A DNA stretch of 60,000 nt, the filler included, from Sphacelaria rigidula (lineage: Eukaryota): assembly GCA_964200075.2 (NCBI GenBank). It is 9 parts of 9 records of this genome, joined end to end, with 100 filler letters (N's around TTAATTAATTAA, not from the genome) between each part and the next. Parts side by side here need not be neighbours in the genome. Positions count along the whole stretch, not along the records: positions 33,391 to 39,968 come from CAXNAA020019250.1; positions 40,069 to 46,646 come from CAXNAA020019251.1; positions 46,747 to 53,323 come from CAXNAA020019252.1; 6 more parts are not named here. One strand, given 5' to 3'. Under the pieces are notes generated by a model. The model was not told the DNA's origin and did no database searches. It saw nothing but the letters and a program-made list of their open reading frames with translations. Each line of letters opens with the position of its first letter. Position 1 is the stretch's first letter. Shown here in pieces: positions 36,012-47,073 of the stretch. Position numbers and translations under genes: made by a program.

Positions 36012-36429
36012 CTGCGTACACACCGCCGGGGAGGAGAGGGCAGGGGGAAGGGAACCATGTAAACGGGAGAAGTCATGAACCGAGTACAAGTACATTTTTC
36101 GTTTTTACCCCATTTAATATTTTGAAAGTGGGATAACCTAGCTTCGCACACCCTGAGTTTCTGAAAGTTGTTTGTATCTAGAGCGTGTACAGGACTGAAC
36201 AATAATGATGAAAAAAAGAAGAGTACTTGCACGTGCACATGCACTTACTTTCACGCACACACACAAAAATATGCAGCCGGACACGACTGACCTCGTCAGC
36301 TGGTCAGAATACGGGCGAGGCTGCGAAGCGCCAGATTCAGCCAAATCGTTTCCTCTATTTTTTTCGCCGCGCGTGTGTCCGATACGTTTGTTTGTTTTTT
36401 CAGCCGTTGGCGGAGCAAAGTAAATCAAA

Positions 36430-36516
36430 GCACAGCACAGCACAGCACAGCACAGCACAGCACAGCACAGCACAGCACAGCACAGCACAGCACAGCACAG
36501 CACAGCACAGCACAGC
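36430..36516. repeat. (GCACA)n pentanucleotide microsatellite
   Basis: Directly visible. Other SSRs: (GA)n ~7518-7553, (CAA)n ~7964-7991, (CA)n ~34949-34980, (TGCTG)n ~15956-16000. Confidence 0.97.
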
Positions 36517-36996
36517 AAATCAGAGCAACCACGCGGGCATGAAGGAGAGAGACAGGGGAGACAGTGGGAAAAGCAAGGGAAGGAGCGCGTGCACCACCAG
36601 AACGGGAGAAGCGATTGGAGGTGGACGCGTCAGAAAACCAACATCCACGAGCAAGCACACAAGACAAGGAGTGATACCAAGCGTTCCGCACTCCCATGCC
36701 TACACTGAGAACACTACACGCTACAAACGGAAGATCAGCCTCATTCATCTCCCCTTCCACCGAGCATACCGTACTGTACAGCACCGGGCAAGATTGGAAG
36801 GGTTTTGTGAACATTCCATGGGCCTACTGAACACGTATGAAGTATCTTTTTCTCTTATTTTGCTAACACGCGAACTGCCTTCAGTACTTTCTTGTTTATC
36901 TTGAAGGAAGGAGGAAACCACACCCGAACACTTGAACTTGCAACGTTGCAGCTACCTCCGCACCCCCCCTCTCCCCCTCCCAGCTTCAGTACCCAC

Positions 36997-37340
36997 CTCC
37001 TATAGCCACCCGAGCCGTGAGTACTGCTCGACGCTCCTGACCCCCCACCGCTTCCCACTCCGAGGTTATTGCTGCTACCGCTGTTGTTATTGTTGTGGTT
37101 GCTGTTGTAGTTGTTGTTGTGTAGCAACTGACCATAGGAGTCGGTGGGCGTTCCTCCGTGAGGGGTGGCGGATGTGGTAGCGGACGTTCGATCAGACCCG
37201 CTATCGCCGCCCGAGGCATCCCAAGGCCTCGGAGAGAAGGGAGAGCTCGACGAGTGCGGAGGTGTTCGGGGAAGGGTGTTTAGACCCGGCCACGTCGGCA
37301 GGGACCCCGTGTTTTTCAGCTCCTCGCAGAGCTTCAGTAC
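36997..37340 (-). CDS. Kinase-ANTH gene, exon B (kinase last helix VLKLCEELK plus N/S/G-rich low-complexity linker)
   Basis: CTAACAG acceptor, GAG|GTGGGT donor, 344 nt open, phase 0 to phase 2. Confidence 0.8.
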
Positions 37341-38318
37341 CTGTTAGTGCACGCGTGAGCGGTTCGGAGGGAGGGGAGGGAGGGGGTAGAGGGGGAATCA
37401 CTTGACTTATGTTCATTTATTGAACGCAGTGACCGCCGTGGCCCGGCGGTGCGAATTAAAATCGTGCAGCTTGCACACTATCGGGTGGAAAGAACGCCGG
37501 TTCAATTCCCATCACATGCGCCATGTCGGGTGTATTTCGTTTTCCCCAAGTATCTGATTTTCCACCTAGGGAACCTTGCACATCCTTGACAACATGTGGT
37601 CAACAGTCTGCATTATAATAGAGGGGAAAATGTACTGCGTCAAGTATGGGTCTAATGCAACTATCTGTCGGCGGTCCGGCAATAGTTGCCGACAATAGTT
37701 ACAATAGGTCTATCCTTAACGCAGTTTTTTTTTTTTCTTCTACTGCAAACTGTTGAGATCACATAAGGTCCAGAGTGGGTGTGTGCAAGCTCGCGAGCGC
37801 GAGCAGCGATGAGAGTTCGCTGGAAGAGAGCCGACGCAGTGCGTGGGTGCTGATCCTCTGCGCGATATATCAAACATGCAAAAGGCGAGTACCGGGGGGT
37901 GCGCGATGGGTTTGATCCCTTGAGACCCCACGCACTCGTCCCGAGGGAGGGGAGACGCTGAAAGTGTGATCGGGGGAAGAGAGGGAATAAAACAAAAACG
38001 AAGAAGAAAAAAAAGTGGGAGTAAAAAAAAAAAAAGGTGGGGCAGATCGGACTCGCTCGCGACAAGCGAATTGCCCCCTCACTTTGATGTTGAGGCACCG
38101 CAATGCTGAGGGGACATTACTATAGTGTGCGTCACGGCTGCATGCTATATTTTGCGTTTCATTCTCTTTTTTTTCTTTACAGCTTAACTCCAACGAGCGA
38201 CCAAGTCTTCTCTTTCGTACCATACTCGCAGCACAGAATACAAACGGCCATTTGGGGGACGGAGAAGAATACACGACGGGGAGTAGGCCCAGCCTTTGGT
38301 ATAGAAACAAAAGGATGG

Positions 38319-38586
38319 ACACGTCGGGCACCTCATGAGCTAGCCATCTGAATAAAACTCCACTTATTTTCAGTATACTGATCCGGATCTGAGCTAGCTC
38401 AATTGGTCCCCTTTTTTTCCCATATTTTTTCCGCTACAACCCTGGACGCCGACCACGCGGAGTGGCGCAAAGGTAGCGCTTCGCTTCTCGGATACCGCTG
38501 TCACGTCTGTCGTGTTCTTGAACGACGGATCTGGGGGTCCTCGTCGACTGCTTATTCCACGTAGCTCATGAGCTGCCCGGCACGTG
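38319..38586. mobile_element. Small element with about 35-bp imperfect TIRs and a tRNA-like A box inside
   Basis: CACGTCGGGCACCTCATGAGCTA versus TAGCTCATGAGCTGCCCGGCACGTG; internal GCGGAGTGGCGCAAAGGTAGCGC. Confidence 0.55.
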
Positions 38587-39229
38587 AAATGTTTTTCAGT
38601 TACTACGTAGACCGCGAGGGTACGTCACCTGCTGAATCGGCATCAATATTCACTTGAAAAATGTTAACGTGATTCAGATGCACTGCAATGCGTGAGAGGA
38701 CCGCGTGGTTAGAGGACCGCACCGATTTTTGAACACCCCTATCGTTAGCGTTAGCGTTAGGGTTAGGTACCGGGGCGCGGTCCCCGCAGGAACTGGCCCG
38801 ATTGGTTTTGAAAAACGTCGACCCTGAGATGTTTCGAACTGCGATGCGGTCCTCTAAGCACGCCATCCTCTCGCGCATTACATAGACTACCCGCCGCGCG
38901 GTCTAAGGGTTCAACGCGCTAATTCCTCCGACAAACTTCCATCTCGAGACAGACAGACAGGCAAACAGACTGCGATGCCCTAACCCTCCTTCATTCCAAG
39001 ACTCCCTCTCACCAAACCCCTCATCCTAAAAAACTGGGCGGTTGGCGGCTACTGATTTGATTGGTTGACGACCATGACGGCAGACATTGATTTTTGCCAT
39101 GAATACGCATGCCTTCATCAATGGGTCATTTTCCATCGACACCGGGGCCAGGGAGGGATTGCACAAAGGATCGGGAAACAGTTCATTTTCCTGTCTGCCT
39201 GCCTCTCTGTCTCTGTCTCTCTCCTTTAC

Positions 39230-39322
39230 CTGCCCAATGGATGGTCGCTTCTCCGGGTCCACGACGAGGCAACACCTGATCAGCGACATAAGCCCCTTCG
39301 AGTAGTGCTTCTCTTGTGGGAT
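39230..39322 (-). CDS. Kinase-ANTH gene, exon A: Ser/Thr kinase subdomains X-XI, NAK-like (IPQEKHYSKGLMSLIRCCLVVDPEKRPSIGQ)
   Basis: CTGCAG acceptor, CAG|GTAAAG donor, 93 nt; P...YS..L..LI...L..DPEKRP is typical of kinase subdomain XI. Confidence 0.85.
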
Positions 39323-39518
39323 CTGCAGTGGTAAGGGTGAACAACGGGTAACACAGAAGGCGTGCACACGAGGAGGAGGAGGGGGGGGGGGGGGGGGGCA
39401 TGGGTTTGTTTGTGGGGGGGGGATGACCCTTGTCCTCGCATCCCCACTAANNNNNNNNNNTGTATGGGGTAGTGCGGGGGTCGGGGAGTCTGGGGGGGGG
39501 GGAGGGGTAAAGGAGGAG

Positions 39519-39558
<40 letters not shown>

Positions 39559-40519
39559 CATGGTTTTGTATGCTGGAGTCGTATGACCATTGACCTCGCA
39601 TCCCTACGAAGCCGGGACGGAGCACGCCGGGTTTTCGCCGCACCAACCAGACCTGGACGAAAGGACGAACGGACGGAGCAACGGGAAATTAATATCATGT
39701 CTCACGTGAAGTGAGCCAAGCAGCTCAAAAACACAAAACACTTGGAGTGCGTTTCACGTGGTCATTTACGGTTAGACCCAGGACTGCTGCCGAGATAGCC
39801 CCCCCCCGAAACGACCAAGAAAAACAGTGTTTTCGTGAGATTGAGAGTAGCTGATACGATTGAGAGTGGCTTTGATCATCCGCTTCAAGTGAGTCATATT
39901 TTCATTCCACGTGTGCTTTTCTTTACCTCCATCACTTGCGTGTGCTTACAGCTACACGTCGATATCCTNNNNNNNNNNNNNNNNNNNNNNNNNNNNNNNN
40001 NNNNNNNNNNNNTTAATTAATTAANNNNNNNNNNNNNNNNNNNNNNNNNNNNNNNNNNNNNNNNNNNNTAACCGTGGAGTTTTCCCTACTATGACACATC
40101 GTGGTAATCGGCGAATCAACGCGCGTCTTTCACTTCACGTAGCACTGCGATCCGAGAAGCTCCCATCAAATGAAATACCAAACGGAAGTCAAATGCCGAA
40201 GTGTAGAGAGTTGAGGGTAGTATGTGCGGCGGAATTGGCAAAAACAACCCGGCTGCACTTGGATTCTCGGTTACAGTCGGTTGTGCCGCGTTGTGCCGCA
40301 CAAGCGGCGATTGTAGAACAACGCCTGTCGCACTAGGCGCGCAGACTCGAGATGGCACGCAGACGAGGCCCCCAGCGCGCCAAGGCGTCTGGTAGTAGTA
40401 ACCAATGAGCAGTTTGTGAAGACCTTGGAGCCGACAGTAGAAAAAGACAAGTCGATTTCGAGACAAGGGTCCGATTCCCGAGCCCAATTTTGAGTCCTGT
40501 TCACTTTTTTTTCTTTGAC

Positions 40520-41100
40520 ACGAGGTACAGGACCTATGTGCGAAGACACCTTCATTCCTCCCATGTTTTTTTTTTCTTTTCTTTGTGGGTTAGTGGCACG
40601 GAACATTTCAGAACAGTTTATTCCGGAAACATAATTGCCAATAACCCACAAAGAACAAAAAAAGTAAGGGGGGTAAAAAGGGGTCTCTGCACATACGTCT
40701 TGTACACCGTGTTGTTTTACATCGAAAACAAGTTGATGTTGAACAGCATAATTGCGTTTGAATTTTTCAGGGCAGGTCCATCTCCACATACCATAGGAAC
40801 CGGTTTCCGATGGAATGACGTGGTTCCTGAGATTAATTTTGAGCCATGTTCGATGAAATTTTGGCATAATGTACAAGACGTATGTGCGGAGACCCATCCT
40901 TACCCCCCCCGTGTCTTTTTTGTATTCCCTTCGTGAGTTTTTGGCGACGAAAAATTTCAGAAACGTTTTTCCGGAACGAAATTGCCAATACCTAGAAAGA
41001 AGGAACACAAAAGACACGGGGGGGGGGTTATGACGGGTTCTTTGCATATACGTCCCGTACATGTCAAAATTTTGCGTGTCAACATTCTTGTTCGCATCTT
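40520..41100 (+). repeat. Diverged tandem repeat, about 340-bp period with internal substructure
   Basis: ACxTATGTGCGxAGAC, ATTTCAGAA..TTCCGGAA..AATTGCCAATA and GGGGG..TCT.TGCA.ATACGTC.GTACA recur at ~40533 and ~40878. Confidence 0.65.
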
Positions 41101-41406
41101 GGGCGACCCAGCTCGTAGTTCGGCGTCGCATGTGCAGTTCCCGTATGTAATGTATTATTGCCGTACTTTTTCGTTTTTTTATGCCATAGTTTGCTTGGTT
41201 TCGACAACCGCGCACGTGCTACGTGTGCACCTGTGAGTTCTTCGAGAGCTTGAGGTTATCCACTTGTTCAAAATCATTCCGGTCTGAATTTTGATGGCGT
41301 CATGTAACTTGGATAACGACTGTCCATCCACTCGTCCATCTCTCTACGAGGAGATTCACATGTTGCGACCTACCTTTTGTCACCTCGTATTTCTTTCAAT
41401 GCGCAG

Positions 41407-41523
41407 AACAACCCGGAAAAGCTGGAAACAATCGAGGACACCTTGCAGCGGTACAAGGGTCGGGAGGAGGTGCTCTTCACCCGCCTCAAGAAGCAGTACG
41501 GAAAACCCGTGCCTAATCCCTAG
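41407..41523 (+). CDS. Terminal exon encoding a small helical NPEKL-type motif (NNPEKLETIEDTLQRYKGREEVLFTRLKKQYGKPVPNP*)
   Basis: GCGCAG acceptor after a pyrimidine tract, 117 nt to TAG, GC3-rich codons; NPxKL..Y.GRE..L...L..KY pattern recalled from protist proteins. Confidence 0.7.
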   Translation, partial: NNPEKLETIEDTLQRYKGREEVLFTRLKKQYGKPVPNP

Positions 41524-42860
41524 TAGTTCGAACTGAAATGGCTGGTGTAAGTTAAGCTAGAAGGTTGAAAGTTTCCTCATAGTAGTGCCTCACTTTCACC
41601 TCGGACCTTCATATAGGTATGCTCGCAGACACCGGTATCAACCCGCAAGGTGCCGACGAGGTATTCCGACAGGCCACCAACAGCCCCCCTGGGACGGCCC
41701 CACTTTTCCTCCAGGCTCGGCATAGTTCCCATAGTGTCCAAAGTACGGGGCCTAGGCCGTGATGTCTAAACCGGAGAACAGGACGAAAATGAACGATTGA
41801 GGGGGGAGGGAAATCAACGTTGGATTGGCGAATTCCGCGGAGACATGAGCTCGGTAGCCGTACGGCATGTGGTGAAACTACGAGTGCTTGCGGTCTTTGG
41901 TTCATACTAAAGGCACTTGGAATATATGCCAAATGCGCTGCTTGTTTTGAAGTGATCCGCGCGGGGGGAAAGGGGGCGGGGATGCGACTGCCGCCCTGAA
42001 CAATAGAACATTGATATACAACAACACCCCGGTGGTGGTTCTCCCCCAATTTGGCGTTCTGTCTTCGACTTTGAAAAGTGGTGCAATAAATTTCGGGTGA
42101 GGCGATACGTGGGCTTTTCAGCCGTTAAGGTACAGTACTAGCATCCACGGCAGTGACACACTGGGCAGTGAGGCTTTCAACTTGTGTTTGTCGGGAGAGT
42201 TTTGCCACTTGAACTGGATGCAGGTGTATTTGGATATCGAGATCAAATCGCACACATTTGTGAAGACGCGAAACGTGTCGAGAATCAGGCTGAGGACGCA
42301 CCTTCTGCCCATTATGCGACAAGCAATGGTGTTCTTGTGCTTGATAGCCCATTGTTCACAACTTTGATAACGTGATCATGTGAGTCGATCCACAGTGGGG
42401 GGGCCACTTCGAATCGCTACATGAAACATGTACAAAATAGTGCAAGCAAAAATCGACCATCAAGTCAGACTCAGCCTCACTGTAGTGGGGTAGACCTGTG
42501 TACATTGTACGGAAGAGTTATGGTACCAGCCGACTTGCATCACCGTGAAGGTGCAAGTGTCCTCAATTATTTTGGTGCCAGTGACATTGGCACGTCCCAC
42601 TGAAATCTATCTGCCTAGGTCCCACTCAGCCAGCCCCAACCCTAACCCTCACGCTTGGACTACCAGGTCAGTTCTATACGTCGCGTTTGCCGCTTGTCTC
42701 CACATTTTTCGACTCACGGAGTGCCTTGGCACGTCCCACCATCAGCACCATGCATTGTTGAACAGGACTGGGAATAAGTGCGGGCCCGCCTTGAATATTA
42801 TTGCCTCCAAGTGGGGATACCACAGTATAAGGTCTTCCCGAAAATGAGGTTCAATAACCG

Positions 42861-43203
42861 GTCGTCCCGGTGGCTCAGTTGGTCACCTCGGAACCTTCTG
42901 ACGGTTGAGTAGTGGGGTCCGATTCCCGGAGCGATCTGGGATTTTTTTCTTATGCCAAACAGTGGAGAGCGACTATGTCATGGGTTCATAAAATTCGGCT
43001 CAACCGTCGACGAGGGAAAGGGACTGCTGAGCCCCTCTCGGAATAAAAAGTAAAGGTGAGCACGACAGGATGAAGGTGGGGTATTGAAAACGAATAAAAA
43101 AGAAAAGCTCCTGTATTGACCTTCCTCCTGTGTGGCCCCGGCTTATGCGCTCACATTTACCGACGAGTGTAGACCGATTTCCAAAATAGAGGGGACGACA
43201 ACA
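42861..43203 (+). mobile_element. tRNA-derived SINE copy
   Basis: A box TGGCTCAGTTGG, decayed B box GGTCCGATTCC, shared body and GGGACGACAACAC tail. Confidence 0.85.
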
Positions 43204-43817
43204 CGATATCTCGGTGAGATTTCGCAATTTTCAAGTTTGTTGTGTTCCCAATTTTCAAATTTGTTGTGTTTCCAATTTTCCAATTGGTTGTTATCCCAGG
43301 CTATTATTCCAGATTCGGTATTAGATTTCTGTGACAGGAAACACTCTTGTTTTTTTCCTTTGAGGCCCCAGGCCGAAAGGGTTCAACTGGACCGAAATTC
43401 AAAAAGTGTCCTGTCCTACCCTATCCGTCCGCTCTCACAACGAAGGCCACAATCACGCACTTTTTTTTCTCGAATGGATTCGAAGCCGCGCTGCGCGAAA
43501 AACCCATTCCATCGCTCTTCTAACATCAATCGATATGCCCTCAAGAAGTTTCAGCTCCATTGGTGCTCATGGTGTTGTGTTTCGCTTCTGTCTGTGAGCG
43601 GTCTCAAGAACAGCCCAGCTCGACCCCTTTTGACCAGCGCTGGTCTTGATTCAACTTCTCAGACTTGACTGTCGCAACTTCAAACGAGGCCCCTTTGGAT
43701 GTTGGAGGCATCACACGCAGCAACCGGCGCTCCGAATCACTTTAAAACCCCTCAAGAAGGTTCAGCTTCATTGCTGTTTTCTTCTTTGTCTTCGCTTGTG
43801 CATGCCGACGCCGTCCG

Positions 43818-44569
43818 TGGCTGAGATGGAAGGGGGTGTTAAAGTATGTGATCTGATTGATTCGAACTACTCTCGGTGTGTCGACTGTCGACAAACGGTG
43901 AACGTACGGGAGCTTCTGGTCGCAACGTCCGCCGGCGGCGGAGACGTATCGCGGCTTCCACGGTGACAAATGGAGACTGTACAGGTGCGATCTTACACTG
44001 CTGAACTGTGTGTGCTTGCAGCGCTGCGCTTCGCACGAGGTTTGACAAGCGGATAAGAAGTGTTGACGCCGTATCCTGGTGTGCCTTTATTTTTTATCCC
44101 GAGAGGGGTTCAGCAGTCCCTTTCCCTTGTCGACCGTAGAATCGAATTTTGTGTACCCACGACATAGTCGCTCTCCACTGTAGTATGGACTTGTATCTCC
44201 TCGAGACAGGAGGCGTCCCTATATCCCCACTCACCACGCCAAAACGTTTCCTGTCTCTATGTGGTTCCACCGGCCAGGTTACCGCCCCTTCCCGCCGCCA
44301 CCCATCGGCTGAGATGGGAGGGGGTGTTGAAGTATGTGATTTGATTGATTCGAACTACTCTCCGTGTGTCGACTGTCGACAAACGGTGAACGTACGGGCG
44401 CTTCTGGTCGCAACGTCCACGGGCGGTGGAGACGTATCTCGGCTTCCACGGTGACAAATGGAGACTGTACAGGTGCGACCTTGCACTGCTGAACTGTGTG
44501 TGCTTGCAGCGCTGCGCTTCGCACGAGGTTTGACAAGCGGATAAGAAGTGTTGACGCCGTATCCTGGTG
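43818..44569 (+). repeat. Two near-identical direct repeats of about 263 bp (43818-44081, 44307-44569), each followed by SINE fragments (44083-44181; 44600-44873)
   Basis: GGCTGAGATGG...GTTGACGCCGTATCCTGGTG occurs twice. Confidence 0.9.
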
Positions 44570-45401
44570 CGATGGTAATTTTATGCTGCACTTCAGTCTG
44601 TGTATGTTGTCGTCCCATCTATTCTGGGGGCTGGTTCCAAGGCACATATGTTCGAACTTCGTGTAGTGTGTGTGTTGCCGTCTCATTTATTCTGGACGCC
44701 GGTCTACACCTTTCGGTATATGTGGGCGCATCAGCCGGGGTCACACAGGAGGAAGGTCAACACAGGAGTGTTTCTTTTTTTGTTGGTTTTTAGTACTCTA
44801 CCTCCCTTCTGCGGTGCTTGGCTTTATTTTTTATCGCGAGAGGGATTCAGCAGTCCCCTTCCCTCGTCGACCGTGCATGATGGGCCAGCAAAGAGTGCCG
44901 CATTTGCATCTCCAACCATAACACCTCAAGTGTACCAAATTAGCTCAACTTGAGCATATCGCTGTGAACTGCAGACCAAGTTGCGTGCACGCTCATGGAC
45001 AGTGCAGCAGGCAGTACAAATCTGCACGTTGCCGAATGAAGCCATTTTCACGTCGCATTGTCAGCAGAGAAAATTGGTAGTCCTGGGCAGTCTGCACTGC
45101 ACGTTGCCCGCTTCTCCTTTATATCCTCCTGCACGAAACACGCACACACGCACTCAAGACATCCTGCTTGCAAGCAGTGCAGACAGTACAGACTGTCTGT
45201 ACTGTACACGACTGAGCATGTACCGTTTCACGATTTTCACTGTCTTTCTTCGACCGAAAGCTTTAAAATCCATCCGGATCCAACTGCATCAAAACGAGAA
45301 AATTTCGCTCGAATCAATTCCACCGCCTCATTTTTTCGATCGAAAAGAAACGTGCTAAGATAGGCCCTGAAAATACTTTTTTCGCACAGAGGAAGGCTAA
45401 C

Positions 45402-45663
45402 ACAGGAGTTTTTTTCTTTTTATAGTAACTCTTTTTGAGCACTCCACCTTCCTTCTGCGGTGCTAACCTTTCTTTTTACCGAGAGAAGGATCCAGCGGTC
45501 CCTTCCCTCGTCGACCGTGAAGTCGAACTGTGTGTACTCACGACATAGTCGCTCTCCACTGTTGGGCATGGTGTGAGAGAAAATCCCAGATCTTCCCGAG
45601 ATTTGAACCCACGTCCTAACCGTCAGAGGGTTTCGAGGTTACCATTTGAGCCACCGGGGCGAC
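45402..45663 (-). mobile_element. tRNA-derived SINE copy (3'-truncated)
   Basis: Reverse complement reads GTCGCCCCGGTGGCTCAAATGGTAACC...GGGTTCAAATC then the shared body. Confidence 0.85.
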
Positions 45664-46571
45664 AAGCTCCTGCTGTGTGTTCCTCAATCCTGTCACCCCT
45701 GTAAAACGTTTGTACCGGCACCCGACAGTTTTGTATGTTCTGTAAGTCCATCACACCCCTGGTCGACAACGACACCCCGTGGGTGGATCGAGTTCGATGA
45801 CGCAACATTTGAGATTTAGAACTGCTCTTCTCTCGCTACGCAAGATACTTTTCATGAACACGTCAGTATTTGTCATATGTATGGGAATTATCCCGGGGAA
45901 CCGGTCACTGAGTTTGACCCTGCGGCCAATTGCGTGCAGAGCCGGTATGTATGTGCGCTGTTTTCCTTTACTGGGATCAACGGCAAGACGCAGCTTATCG
46001 TGCCATCGCTCCGCACTGAAACACGAATTCCGGCGTGCTGCCATCAGTACTGCCTACAAGCTGTGTGTTTAGTCGTCCGACATATGGTTCAAACGAACCT
46101 ACACCTTGTCGGCATGATATGGCTCAACAAGAGAATCGCGTCTTCGCCGGGGCGATTGGCTCCTGCTGTCTTTTGTCCAGTCTTTTCAACCGTGTAAAAC
46201 TATCAAACCGGTACGCAGAGGCTGTGTAAGACCTTTCTTGACTTAACACGCCAGTTTGTAATTTTCTGAAACTGCCTCATACCCCTGGTCGACGACTCTG
46301 CAAGATCTGTAAGCCTCCCGTAATCCCGGCCCGGATTCAACATATATACCCTTGTGCGTATATGCGATCCAGGTAGAGTGCGGGTATTACCCGGGAGTGG
46401 TAAAGATTTCAACTCAATCCCTACCTTTGTTCTGAAAACTCGCACTGGTTCCCCAACCTCCATCCATCTAACACCCCTTGGTATTCAACTCCGTACACCC
46501 TTCAAGGTATTTTTCCCTATTCGGGGAACAGACGGATTACAGGGTACGAGTTGAAAGGGAAAGCGAAACAT

Positions 46572-46646
46572 AACAACAAATTGTGCGAATTGAGGTTCAA
46601 CTCTGAGATGAGGTTCAAGCCTAAAACAGTGCTTCCCCCACACTTT
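46572..46646 (+). mobile_element. Third terminus of the AACAAC TIR element
   Basis: Near-identical to 26543-26612 with an unrelated flank, which fixes the element boundary to within about 2 nt. Confidence 0.85.
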
Positions 46647-47073
46647 NNNNNNNNNNNNNNNNNNNNNNNNNNNNNNNNNNNNNNNNNNNNTTAATTAATT
46701 AANNNNNNNNNNNNNNNNNNNNNNNNNNNNNNNNNNNNNNNNNNNNTATGCCACTTCAACCCCATATTTTGTATGAACCCCATAATATAAAATCGGCTGT
46801 TAGATGGCGATAACAAGAGAATGATATAAGAATAGAAGTATACGGCGTATATAAAATAGTATTTGAAAGTGCATGTCCATATCGACCTGAAGCACAACAT
46901 CACTCAGTATTGATGAACATGAATCCCCATATATTCACACATACATGGGCTAATGAGACCGGATAGCAGAATTTAATCAACATTCACCAACAATCGCATA
47001 TCATTGTAGTCGTGAAATCCAAGACGAACCTACCGCCCAAACGCCGGTTCGCAAACCCGACGACAAGACAAAC

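Noticed and set aside
36138..36904. LCCAV and STAQH repeat ORFs (also ~15900-16100)
   Set aside because: Translations of (GCACA)n microsatellites inside introns.
37430..37512. tRNA-like segment ending GGTTCAATTCCC
   Set aside because: B-box-like motif only; no cloverleaf, probably a decayed SINE head.
40271..41215. 314-aa minus-strand ORF, the longest in the window
   Set aside because: Lies over a diverged AT-rich tandem repeat; no domain motifs or coding-like bias.
42190..42375. hAT transposase fragment (LILDTFRVFTNVCDLISISKY)
   Set aside because: Resemblance too short and weak to call without a profile search.
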